Part shown: piece by piece, positions 37,103-49,175 of the stretch
How positions within the stretch are numbered: position 1 is the stretch's first letter
Layout of the letters: every line of letters starts with the position of its first letter
Assembly (NCBI RefSeq): GCF_006345805.1
Contig: NC_043001.1
Span: forward strand, 90,892,001 to 90,956,000
Direction: 5' to 3'
Source: Octopus sinensis
Taxonomy: Eukaryota
DNA: 64,000 bases
Translations under genes and position numbers: made by a program
The notes under the pieces: model-generated
Database searches by the model: none
The model's input: only the letters and a program-made list of their open reading frames with translations
What the model was told of the DNA's origin: nothing

Positions 37103-37480
37103 ACCTATTGAGTCAAGTACATCAACACCAATATAAAAATCAAATGGAAATTGTAGTTGTGATACCCATGCCAGTGGCACATAAAAAGCACCATCTGAAC
37201 GTGGCTGATGCCAGCGCCGCCTTGGCTAGCTTCCATGCTGGTGGCACGTAAAAAGCATCAACCAGTTGTGGCCGTTGCTAGTCTCCTCTGGCCCCTGTGC
37301 TGGTGGCACATAAAAAGCACCCACTACACTCACGGAGTGGTTGGCGTTAGGAAGGGCATCCAGCTGTAGAAACACTGCCAGATCAGACTGGAGCCTGGTG
37401 CAGCCTCCTGGCTTCTCAGACCCCGGTCGAACCGTCCAACCCATGCTAGCCTGGAAAATGGACGTTAAACAATGATGATG
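37103..37480 (+). mobile_element. RTE-LINE 3' UTR-type element with (GAT)n tail
   Basis: gttggcgttaggaagggcatccagctgtagaaac...ggacgttaaacaatgatgatg. Confidence 0.8.
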
Positions 37481-38645
37481 TTGATATAAACATGCGTACG
37501 TACATACATTCACACACAAACTATAATATTTTGCTTACTACAATGTTTATACATTTGAGTGTTATGCTTTCAATAACCTTAACTATGGGGTGAAATGTGT
37601 CACTTAATATATCCCTGTTAAGTCTCCATCTCCAATGACCTTTCTGATATCATCTCAACTTTCTATCACTTATCCTGCTATTCATTCAGCTCCCATCACT
37701 CAACCCTATCACACGTTTCATCACTCAACCATATCACTCATTACTCAGCCACTCACCTCTCTATCACTCATCATCTCTCTACCAACCCCCTCTTTCAGTC
37801 ACTGCACAATATTGCCCATCTACTGGAGATGGTATTAGATTTGTCTGACCTCATCTCTCTCTCTCTCTCTCCCTTTCTCTCTCCCTCCATCTCTCTCTCC
37901 CTCCATCTCTCTCTCTCCCTCTCACGCACACATGTATACATACTTGCAATTGTTTATTAGCCACAAAATCTCACATTGATGGAGATGAAAAGCTGTACCC
38001 TCCCATAACCTCCTCGGGCCTATTACAAAGGTAAGTTAAGAGATTCTAATTGGTCATCAAAAATCCTGTCTTAGGCTGTTGACTGAATAATTAATGCCAC
38101 ATCAGAATGCCTGTGCATGTACACACACATACATGGATGTGCACACATATGTGTATGCATGCACCCACATGCTTTGATTTTAAGTGACACACATGCAGTT
38201 AACATTTCAGACACACACAAAAGACAACTACAGTTTATACTTTCCTTCTATTTCTAGATCAATATTGATCCCTTGGGAGGGATTTACATAACTATATTAT
38301 AACTTTAAAACCGCTACTTATCTATGATTTGAACATTCCAGTATGTGATGTAATCCTCTCCTCTAATAGGATTAGGGATTTATTAATCAAGTATTAACTG
38401 ACAATATTTAAATTTACTCGTCCACCATCAATCATTTAATTCAGAGAATTCAAATCACAGCTAAATCTTAGCTAACAGCAATTTTGTTACAAACTGTCTG
38501 AACACAGTGTTGCTTTTAAGGTTTTTTTTCAGCCCCTATATCTTGAATTCACATCATGGTACTGATGTTGCATTGTGTTTTTCTAAATTAGAGAGTACTT
38601 AATTCCCACCTACACAATTTTTCTTTCTTTTCTTTCTTGAGTTTG

Positions 38646-38895
38646 TGGAGGTGCGTAGCTTTGTGGTTAGGGTGTCAGCATCATGATTATAAGATTGTGG
38701 TTTCGATTCCTGGACTGGGTGACGTGTTGTGTTCTTGAGCAAAACACTTCATTTCATGTTGCTCCAGTCCACTCAGCTGGCAAAAATGAGTAATGCTGCG
38801 ATGGACTGGCGTCCCATCCAGCTGGGGAACACATACGTCATAGAAACTGGGAAACTGGGTCCATGAGCCTGGCTAGGCTTTAAAAGGGTGCATTT
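38646..38895 (+). mobile_element. V-domain-like tRNA SINE
   Basis: Reverse complement of the 4610 copy. Confidence 0.8.
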
Positions 38896-39129
38896 CTTTC
38901 TTGAGTTACTTCAATTTATATCTTAACAATCAAGTTGTGGCTGCTATGTTTTATTTTGTGTACTGTGCATGTTCTTTTGGCTTTCATTGCTGTTTTTCTT
39001 TACTTGACTTATTGCCACAATCTATCTCTAATAATCTAATAAGGTAGTGCATCAGCTAATAAGGTAGTGTCTTACTTCTTGAGAAACAGATGCCCTCAAC
39101 CACCATAAAATTCACTTCCAGTTTTATCC

Positions 39130-39908
39130 TTAACCCTTTAGTGTTCACATTATTCTGCCAAAACTAATGCTTTTTCATCCACATTGTTTTGAACTAATCA
39201 GGTATTATCTTGTAGCTATGAGATTTTGATGAGGTAGCTGTTAATTTTTAAGATGATATTGTAGGGTTGGTGTGAGAGAACAGATATGGCCAGTCTGAAC
39301 ATAAAACAGGCAGAATACTTTTGGCCGGATATGGCCGGTTTAAATGCTAAAGGGTTAAACAAACAGTCGTACCAGCAAGAGAAAGTGCAGTTGGATGCTG
39401 TACATCAAAGTGTCATATTTTCCTTAACCGCTTAGCATTCAGATTACTTTGTCAAATGCAATGCTTATTAATTCACATCATTTTGAATTAATCATGCATA
39501 ATTTTGTAGCTTTGAAATTTTGGTACAATTGTATGTTTTTAGAATGACATTGTATGGTAGGTGTGAAAGACCAGATCAGGGCAATCTGAATGTAAAACAG
39601 GTAGAATATTTGAGCCGGATATTGGCTGGTTTAAATGCTAAAAGGTTAAACTGAAATCTTGTTTGAACGCTTGCAACAGAGTGGACTCCATTTAACCCTT
39701 TTGTTTCTCTATTTCTGTTGAACTACATTGCCTCTGTTTAAATTAATTTTGGAAATAAAGAAGATTTTAGTAAAATAACTTTGTCATCATTTAGCTGGTG
39801 TTTGGAACATAGATTAGCATGAAATTTAAATTGAGGGTTTTAATTTAAAACACTTCAAAACATAATGCACCAAGGGTAATCTCAGGCAGGTTTGTATTAA
39901 AACGATTA
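39130..39908. mobile_element. Three adjacent piggyBac-like MITEs (39130-39358, 39424-39649, 39692-39908)
   Basis: TTAA flanks with CCCTTTAG...CTAAAGGG-type terminal repeats; the first two share internal sequence and the third is a different, more decayed family. Confidence 0.7.
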
Positions 39909-40332
39909 AGGAACTAGAGGGCTCTAGTTGTGGAAAACTGGGTGGTTAATTAAGTCCACAACAAATGTTTGTGTGTGCGTGTGTGTGTGTGTATATATCT
40001 ACACACATACACACATACACACACACACATTACACAAGTTTACATGAATGTGTGTGTCTGACGGTGTACTTTTAAAGTAGTATATCATGAATAAGTTTAT
40101 AAATGTACAGTACATACAGATAATTAGGTGATTAAGACACCTATGTTATTAGTTGTCTATGAAAGATTAACTAAATTATGATAAGTTCTATGTTATAAGA
40201 GGCCCAAATGGTAAAGATTGATAATCATTTATGATTTTTAGCTTCTACTGACTACACTTTAAGCTACAATTTGGTTGCTCTTCACTCATAGCATTGCAGT
40301 CCTCTGGTTTTCCTGTTTCTTATACCATATAT

Positions 40333-40564
40333 ATTTCTTTATTGCCCACAAGGGGCTAAATATAGAGGGTACAAACAAGGACAGACAAAAAGATTAAGTA
40401 GATTACATCAACCCTAGTGCGTAACTGGTACTTTATTTATTGATCCTGAAAGGATGAAAGGCAAAGTCAATCTCGGCGGAATTTGAACTCAGAACGTAAT
40501 GGCAGACGAAATACTGCTAAGCATTTTGCCCGGCATGCTAACGTTTCTGCCAGCTCGCCACCTT
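40333..40564 (-). mobile_element. Meta-domain-like SINE with 19-bp TSD
   Basis: tgtttcttataccatatat at 40314-40332 and 40565-40583. Confidence 0.88.
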
Positions 40565-40879
40565 TGTTTCTTATACCATATATTGATTCAATTTTATTTT
40601 CCTTTCAGACAGATGCTTATAAAATTCAACTCACAGTAACCATTATTCAACACCTCTCAAAAGCATATGAATGTATTAGTTCTCATTGTAAATGAAGAAT
40701 ATTTGGTCTTTCTTTAAGATCTAGAAGAAGTATGTGCATTTTACAAGTGATATTGCAACATATATGTGTATGTGTTCATATGCACATGTGCGTGTGTGTA
40801 TATGTGTGTGTGTGTGCGCATGCGTGCACACACATACACACATTTACATACACACACATTCCTGAAGAAAGATAAAAAC

Positions 40880-42460
40880 TACAGTGAGTTGGTTGAATTC
40901 TGTTTAAACAATGGATGGGAGACAATATGACTCCTTGTAGGAATAGACGAATGGTGTGTGAAGGCCATACAAGCCATGTACAGGTTGCTGTCAGTAAGGT
41001 GAGAGCTTGCAACAAGTACAATGATGAATTTAGTGTGTAGGGAGGGGTTCACCAGAGTATAGTGCTCAATCCCCTTCTTTTTATCAGTCTTTCAAGCAAT
41101 AATGGAGGTGCTTAAGACTGGATGTCCATGGAAAATCCTATATACTGATGACCTCATTCTTATAGCTGAGTCTGTTATAAGATCAGAGAAGAAATTGCAG
41201 GCATGGAAGGAAAATTGGATTCAAGGTTAACTCAGCAAAAACTAAAGTATTAAATAAGACAAACTGATACGACCCTGACACCATCAGAAAAATGGCTTTC
41301 CTCAGAATGTAGTGTACATTATCTGGTGTACCTGATGCAAACTACAGACACACAAAAGATGCAGTGAAATCATAGGCAGGTTAACAGAGAAAGCAGATGT
41401 ATGTGGCTGATGTACAGGATTAATACACATTATGAGAACACAGGAGACAGATTCATTCAAATGTCCAAGAAAATTCCTAGTGGTAGTTGATAGCTTCTAT
41501 TCCTTAGGTAACCTAATTAGCAGTTGAAGAGGATGTTCTGAAAGGGTAGTAGCTAGTGTAAGAACATGCTGGAGAAAGTTGAGGGAGTTATTATTTCTGT
41601 TGACAATAAAAAAGTTTCTTTTTTGAAGTGAAAGACAGACTATGTGAGGCTTGTGTATGAACTGCAATGCCACATTGTAGTCAGATATGACCTTGAATGC
41701 AGCAGACCTGCAATGATTTAGAAAGAAATGAAGCAAGCATAATCTGCTGGATGTTGAATATCTATGTGCATATGAGGTCTGAGCAAAAAGTATCAGGACT
41801 GATGCTAAAAAAAGAAAACTACAACAGATATCAATTTGGTATCTAATCTCCTTCAATGTAGTTCCCTTCTGAAGCTACACATTTTATCCAGAATTTTCCT
41901 CACTGATGGAAGAATTCCTGGAACTCCTTTTTTAAGATAAGGAGCAGATGCCTTGTCACATTCTATTGGATTTCCTTGATGTTTTGAAATCTTGTTTCTT
42001 CACGTGGGATTTGATTTTTGGAAAGAGGAAAAATTACAGGCATCACCAAACTTTTGGAAAAAATTGATGCAGATCCCCAACTTATTCTGGCATGGTCAGC
42101 GATGGAACCTCTGTGGTGTGGTGAGATGACCACACTCTATACACGTTATTTCCAAGTATTGCTTTGAACAATGGAAGTGAGCGAGAACATAACTTGAGCA
42201 GAGCTCAAGGTCAGTCTGTACCAAGTGGCTTCACACTGTATAATTTAGATCCAATCTCATAACTACACTCCTGATTCTTTTTGATCAGACCTTGTATATG
42301 ACAGAGAATAGAAATGTGTTGAGAAAACCTGGGCATAAATGAGTAAACAGAAGTAGTGAGCAAGTGATAAAACTATTGATTTGGCTATGTGGTGTGTATG
42401 GATGAGGGCAGTTATATATAAAAAAAGGGCTGATAGCTTACAGTATATGGAACCTGTAAT
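40880..42460 (+). mobile_element. Degenerate RTE LINE (RT region) interrupted by a mariner element
   Basis: GVHQ.IVL.PLLF, GCPWKILYTDDLILIAES, NEASIICWM; resumes after 42296. Confidence 0.8.
41771..42296. mobile_element. Non-autonomous Tc1/mariner element
   Basis: Terminal repeats ta-tgaggtctgagcaaaaagtatcagga / tcctgattctttttgatcagaccttg-ta with TA TSD. Confidence 0.85.
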
Positions 42461-43415
42461 ATATCAATAGAGAGCATTTTGCAATGAGGAACAATGGATT
42501 TTGGACTTTATTTATTAAACATGAAAAATTAAGAAAAATTCACAATCTATTATCTAATGCCTAACTGGGAACAAAAAAAAATTTTTCTTTATATTAATAA
42601 AATATTGCTGTACAAATCTTGATAAAATGTTATTTTGAGAGGCTGGGGAACAGAAATAAATACAGATTTTATGAAATTAATCTGAAGATAAAATTGGGAA
42701 TTTCTTTACATTCTGGAGAGGTTCAGGAGTAGGGTAGGAGTAGAGACATCCTGTGGTGCAACAGAGCCACTTATAAAACTGTTAACCAAAATGTAGATTC
42801 CACATTAGGTAAACAACAGCATGGATTTAATCCCATACGATATAACAAGATTGGAATTAAGGTCACTGAAATTAACACAGTGAGTAATGTTGATAATAGA
42901 AATCCCTAAAACAATATTTAAGGATTATCATATTATTTGACAGGGAAATAAATCCTTTGACTATCTTTAACATAAGTTAAGATGATGTGGGATGAGGTGA
43001 TGAAGGCTGATCTCAGGATATTGAATCTCTTGGAGGAGACAATAAAAGACTAAGATGGCTGGCAATATTCAGTGCTCAAGAAGACCTACCTAGCTATACT
43101 AGCACAGCATGACAAATTCTGAAGGCATAATATGTATGCATACAACTGAAGTTGTGGAAGCATGTGTATGCACACCATGCATGCAACTAGATCCCTCACC
43201 CAGTGTCCTTGACAGGTCTACAATTGTTTCTTTACTTCTCTTCCCTTTCCCCAAACAAATGGATCTCTCCCTTGAACCACTCCCTGTTGACATCCATTCG
43301 TCTTACTTACAATCATCACTCTCACCTGTGTTTACCATGAATTGACTATTGTCTACCCCAGTTTTATCAACATCCCATCATTGTCACATCAGTCTCTCAT
43401 CTATCTATCTATCTA

Positions 43416-43450
<35 letters not shown>

Positions 43451-43454
43451 TTAC

Positions 43455-43504
<50 letters not shown>

Positions 43505-44009
43505 GCTTTACACATAATCTGTAAACAACACATGCATACAGATGCATATACAATATACACTTACGTAAATACAATATAAATAAATATCTCCCTTAAGTAT
43601 GTATACGTGTTTGTGTAAGTCAGAGTGAACGTATGTAACGTAAACATTCGGTGACAAATCCTTCTAATCGTGATATAGTAAGAAAAAATGACAATAAGGG
43701 GAATCTTCGTCAGATTAAATTAATCATTTACGAAGTTAATGTGTTGATTAATCAGTTTGTTTTAAACAAGGTTTACTAGGATTTGTGAAGGACGGGTAAG
43801 AAAACAAGGGAGATAACTCATAGTGTTAATGTATTACCCGTTGTCTTCTATGAATTGAGTTGGTCGTTTTAATCTTTTTGTTTTTGTTGTACATTAACCA
43901 AATACTAATAATAAAAAAATTAAATCTCTTTCAGAATATCTATATATGAAGAGACACCTCCCGAGACACACACACACACTTTGCCAGTCTTACCTATACA
44001 AGCATATAT

Positions 44010-44479
44010 ATATATAAGAACATTGACCTCCTGGAATCTGTCCAGAGACGTGCAACCAAACGCATACCCTCCATCAGACACCTACCATATTCTGAGCGCC
44101 TTGTTTCCCTGGGCATGGATTCACTGAAGCTCCGGCGTTTGGCGACGGACTTGGTAAACACCCACAAAGTTATCAACCACCTCACCAACAACAACACTGA
44201 ACACCTTTTTCATCTCCATGTGTCTAACACACGTGGACATGCCTACAAAGTCAGAAAACAATACAGCTCCCATGACTTTCGGAAACATTTTTTCACGCTC
44301 AGAGTTGCTGAAGCATGGAATAAACTGCCTGCGTCAGTTGTTGACTGCCATGACACTGCATCTTTTAAGGCCCTCATGCTTTCCGAAATCCGCCGAAACT
44401 ACACCTGATTATATATACACTTTAGATGAGTTGTAGTGCACCTGAGCACTGTACACAATTATTATTATTATTATATTAT

Positions 44480-44480
<1 letters not shown>
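44010..44480 (+). mobile_element. CR1-clade LINE 3' end, young
   Basis: IDLLESVQRRATKRIP...RLVSLGMDSLKLRRL..DL...TRGH..K...FFTLRVAEAWNKLP, stop at 44408, (TTA)n tail. Confidence 0.92.
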
Positions 44481-44513
<33 letters not shown>

Positions 44514-44515
<2 letters not shown>

Positions 44516-44822
44516 ATGATCGCCTGGGGCTAAATGCATCAGTAACACCCCCACCGCCCTGTCCTGTCCCTAGCCACATTCAAATGGCTAATGTCCCTTT
44601 TGTTATGGAGCAGTTACTGTCTATATCTCGTTTAGAGAATTATTATTGCTATATATATATATATATATATAATATATATATATATATTGATGATCGCCTG
44701 GGGCTAAATGCATCAGTAACACCCCCACCGCCCTGTCCTGTCCCTAGCCACATTCAAATGGCTAATGTCCCTTTTGTTATGGAGCAGTTACTGTCTATAT
44801 CTCGTTTAGAGAATTATTATTG

Positions 44823-44823
<1 letters not shown>
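44514..44823. repeat. Tandem duplication, period 174 bp, bounded by (AT)n
   Basis: Non-microsatellite parts of the two copies read identical. Confidence 0.95.
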
Positions 44824-44892
<69 letters not shown>

Positions 44893-45523
44893 TAGTAAAA
44901 AGTGAAAAAACTTCAGAAGGCTTGTTTTAAAAGGTTAAAAAATATATATGAATAATAAAGTTGCAGAGAATATGGAATAACTGCTTTAATTTTCTAATAT
45001 ATAACTCTGTAAGGTAAAGCGGCTGGCATCAGGAAGGGCATCCAGCTATAGAAATATACCAAAGCAGACCGTAGAGTTGGTGCAGTCCTCTGGTTTGCCA
45101 GCTCTTGTCAAACCATCCAACCCAAACCAGCATGGAAGATAAACATTAAATGATAATGATGATGATGATGATGACTTAAACACTTTTCCACAAACCATCT
45201 ATCAGCGTCTAGCCCAACAGATAACCCACCGTGGTATTCTAGGAAAATTATTCTTTTGGTCAACTGATATAAGACAGAATTATTTCTTTCTTTCCATCGT
45301 TTTTGTCATTAAAAAATTATCTTTGTTCAAACTTAAACAGTATCTTGTATTTATTTTTTTCACTAAATATATTCTGTTACTTTCATAATCTATTTTTTAA
45401 ATTTCTGTGACCTGTTACTGTCTTTCTTATTTAATGCTTTAGATTGATAGACACAGGGGGAGAGGTAAATGCACAGAGGAATGCTTGTAAAGATAGATAT
45501 ACACAGACATAGAAAGAGGGAGG

Positions 45524-45560
<37 letters not shown>

Positions 45561-46247
45561 AGAGTATAAGATAAGTGAGTAGGAGCTGAGAATGAGAGAG
45601 TTAATAAGGATGGAGCAGAGAAAGGGAGGTAGAGACAGAAATTAATAGGCAAATAGACTGATATAAGAGAAAGAGAGGGATAATGACTGAGATAGATAGA
45701 TTGATAGATAGATAGATAGTTAGAGAAAGAGAGAGAGAGAGTGAGGGAAGGAGAGAGACAAAAGTAGATGGTTCATTTGAAAAAGAAATTAAAAGACATG
45801 TAAAGCATTAGGCACATGCGAGTGAGTTTGTGCATACATATGTATGTATATATGTATGTATGTATGTATGCATGTATGCATGTATGTATGTATGCTATAT
45901 ATGATGGGGGTGGAAGCAATGGTAGTAAAGTCATGCAAAGCTAAAAAGAGTAATGTGTGTTGTGTTGGTACAGTAGTGGAAGACTCATCTCATGCTAGAT
46001 TAGCTTTTTGCCGACTTAGTTCATAGGACGCACCTAGCTGATCTGTAACCTTGAAATTTATCCTCACTATCAATCCATAATCTCAAGCTGGCTGTTGTTT
46101 ATTACATCTACACTCTTACTTATTCTGTTCACAAATACAGACACTATATTTCTAGCATTTAAACCAAGTAGATCCACACACATACACACACACACGCACA
46201 CACACACACACATATATGTATATATATATATAAATATATATATATAT

Positions 46248-46956
46248 GTATATACATATTTTCTGAAAAACACAAAAAACGGGTTCGTAAGGAAGTAAGG
46301 AACACAAAGTACATAAGGATCATAAGGATACATTTGTTTGAAGGCCCGGAAGGAAAAAAAAAATTGCCAACATGGACAAGAGTAAGTATTTTGTACTGTT
46401 TGTAAGGTTTTACAGTGACATTTTACATATTATTAAGCATATGGTCACTCAGTGATGTTCTTATAGATGTTAATTTGTGTAACTGAATGTATGATGTTTG
46501 TATGAGCATAAATGAATCTGTGAGTAGATGAGAAGAGGTGTGGTTTGAAGTGTAAGTGCATGTATCTGGGTGGATACCTCTTGCCCATATATATATATAT
46601 ATAATATATATATATATGTATATACATATTTTCTGAAAAACACAAAAAACGGGTTCGTAAGGAAGTAAGGAACACAAAGTACATAAGGATCATAAGGATA
46701 CATTTGTTTGAAGGCCCGGAAGGAAAAAAAAAATTGCCAACATGGACAAGAGTAAGTATTTTGTACTGTTTGTAAGGTTTTACAGTGACATTTTACATAT
46801 TATTAAGCATATGGTCACTCAGTGATGTTCTTATAGATGTTAATTTGTGTAACTGAATGTATGATGTTTGTATGAGCATAAATGAATCTGTGAGTAGATG
46901 AGAAGAGGTGTGGTTTGAAGTGTAAGTGCATGTATCTGGGTGGATACCTCTTGCCC
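46248..46956. repeat. Tandem duplication, period 370 bp, bounded by (AT)n
   Basis: 46248-46586 reads identical to 46618-46956. Confidence 0.95.
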
Positions 46957-46979
46957 ATATATATATATATATATATATT

Positions 46980-47235
46980 ACTTTATATAATTATGTGTAT
47001 AATTATAATTAGGGTTCAGCAAAAAAAATTTACTTTGCCACATACCAAACTTTTAGAAATAGCAGCCAAAGAACTTAGCTATTTCTTCTACTATAAGATG
47101 AATCTCCCAGACAATGTATACTCAAAAACAATTCACATAGGCATAGAGGGAAAAATAACGAAAATTCACCCGGCATTTGATTACTTGTGGACGCGTTTCT
47201 GCATCCACAAGTAATCAAAAGTACCTCTTATAAAG

Positions 47236-47275
<40 letters not shown>

Positions 47276-47670
47276 CTTTATAAGAGGTAATGGTGTCATT
47301 GAAACCCAAAGGAATCAGGTAATGCTGAATAAGTGCTACAGACAGACCATAGTTAAGTTTAAATTCTGTTGGATTTTACTCATAAGGTATTGGAATCTTA
47401 CATATATACCATTCTGCCTAAAAAATGGATCTACAACTTCAATATCCCTACATATCTCACATCTATTTTCTTTCCTCCACCACACTCTCTATTTTGTATC
47501 CTATCTGAATTAAGTATTACTTAACCATCCTCTCATTATGTCTCCGATGAAGGGATATAATTAATAAATATCCTGGAAACAGCTGTAAGACCTTCTATCT
47601 ATAAATGTTATAATATCTACACAGCCTTGGTTTTTTATCTCATTACGCAAAAAATTCTTATGAGACTTAT
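46980..47670. mobile_element. Penelope/retrozyme-like terminal-repeat units diverging from a (TA)15 tract
   Basis: Both arms begin with the same 19-mer tgagactttataagaggta; the right arm restarts tgagactt after 390 nt; hammerhead-like motifs in both arms. Confidence 0.55.
47540..47591 (+). ncRNA. Minimal type I hammerhead ribozyme motif (variant core)
   Basis: Stem I GTCT/AGAC; core CCGATGA; stem II GGGATAT/ATATCCT; GAAA; palindromic stem III ACAGCTGT; GUA cleavage triplet. Deviates from consensus at U4 and at the stem II closing pair. Confidence 0.6.
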
Positions 47671-47960
47671 ATGCATACATACATACATACATACATACAT
47701 GTGTGTATGTGAATGTATGTAATGTAATAATGTATAACAGTGTAAAAATGTAAACTACAGTGATCTCTAAAATACATATATACAGTATGATAAAAAGAAA
47801 AATGTGGCAAGACGTGTGTACATATGCATAAATATGTATTTATGAATATGCATTGGATAGGTTCTCTCTCTCTTTATTTCTACTCCTCTCTATCTGTGTC
47901 TTTATATATCTATGTATATATTTGTGTGTGTGTCTATATATGTGTGTCTGTGTGTATGAA

Positions 47961-48006
<46 letters not shown>

Positions 48007-48019
48007 CATATATATGTCG

Positions 48020-48560
48020 TCATCATCATCATCATTCTACATTCTTTTTTCTTTGCTCATAAGGTTTAAACAGATCTTCTCCTTCATAATGTCTTGCCAC
48101 ATGATGTGGTCCTTTGTCATCCCCAGCTTTTTGAGATTCAGGAAGCCAGCATGTGTTTCCACTACTTCTTTCCATGCCTTCTGAAAGAGTAATTTTGATT
48201 TGTATTGCTCAAAATTTCTTCATTCAATTGGCATCCTAAATGGGTACCACATGTCCATACCAGTACTCTCTTCAACATTACAGCTGATTCCTTTTATACC
48301 AATATTTTTACTTCCTTAGCTCCTGTGTGCTCAGTTAGGCATACATTGAAATGATACACAATCAAGGGAGCTTTCTTACCTCCTTGTTTTTCAGATTTTA
48401 AGATGCAACCCCTACATCTAATGTTCATGTTTTTCCGCTATGCAATATCACACATGATATACAAGTGTCACTTAGAGATGCAATCTCTTTGTGGTCTTTG
48501 TGGTCTTCATAAGTAATAGATCACTTGACTTTTTTTACCTACCATTACCCTGTCTATTAT
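48020..48560 (-). mobile_element. Old RTE LINE 3' fragment
   Basis: Minus strand KAWKEVVE...MTKDHIMWQ resembles the RTE C-terminus; (GAT)n tail near 48020-48035. Confidence 0.6.
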
Positions 48561-48718
48561 ACTTTTGCAACTCCCACCACAACTGCTGATTAGGTCACTA
48601 AAGTATCAGGAGCTGTCAACTAAAACTAGTGAGCCTTCCAGACAGGTGAACGGATTCATTACAAGAGGTAATGGTATCTTATTGCCAACAGTTTATATTA
48701 GTATACAGTGTGTATGTG

Positions 48719-48723
<5 letters not shown>

Positions 48724-48768
<45 letters not shown>

Positions 48769-48798
48769 TGTGTGTGTGTGTGTGTGTGTGTGTGCGCA

Positions 48799-48827
<29 letters not shown>
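48724..48827. repeat. (TG)n with an embedded (CG)n run
   Basis: Direct inspection. Confidence 0.95.
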
Positions 48828-48829
<2 letters not shown>

Positions 48830-49107
48830 GAGAAAAATAAGAAGATGGAGATAAATCAACTAATAAGTATATTTTTTTAACTGCAAAAATAAACAATCTC
48901 TAACAGTTGTTTTGATTCATACTTTAAAGATTATAATTGTGATAATTAAATCATTTTATAAAGCAGAGTCTCATCAGAGGCAGAAAAAAAGATATATCGT
49001 TATATTATTTTATTAGATGTTAAATATATGGAACATCATTAGGTGTTAAATGTATGGAACATTGCTATCCCTTAATGAAGCTTATCCAACCTCTAATTGA
49101 ACATATA

Positions 49108-49175
<68 letters not shown>

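Noticed and set aside
42700-42890. Exon-like segment (aacaca|gtgagt on +; aatttcag acceptor on -)
   Set aside because: Neither reading has both splice sites in a usable frame or a recognisable peptide.
48327-48359. U6 snRNA-like start (gtgctc...ggca...gatac)
   Set aside because: Short, gapped similarity, no ACAGAGA box, and it lies inside a reversed RTE fragment.
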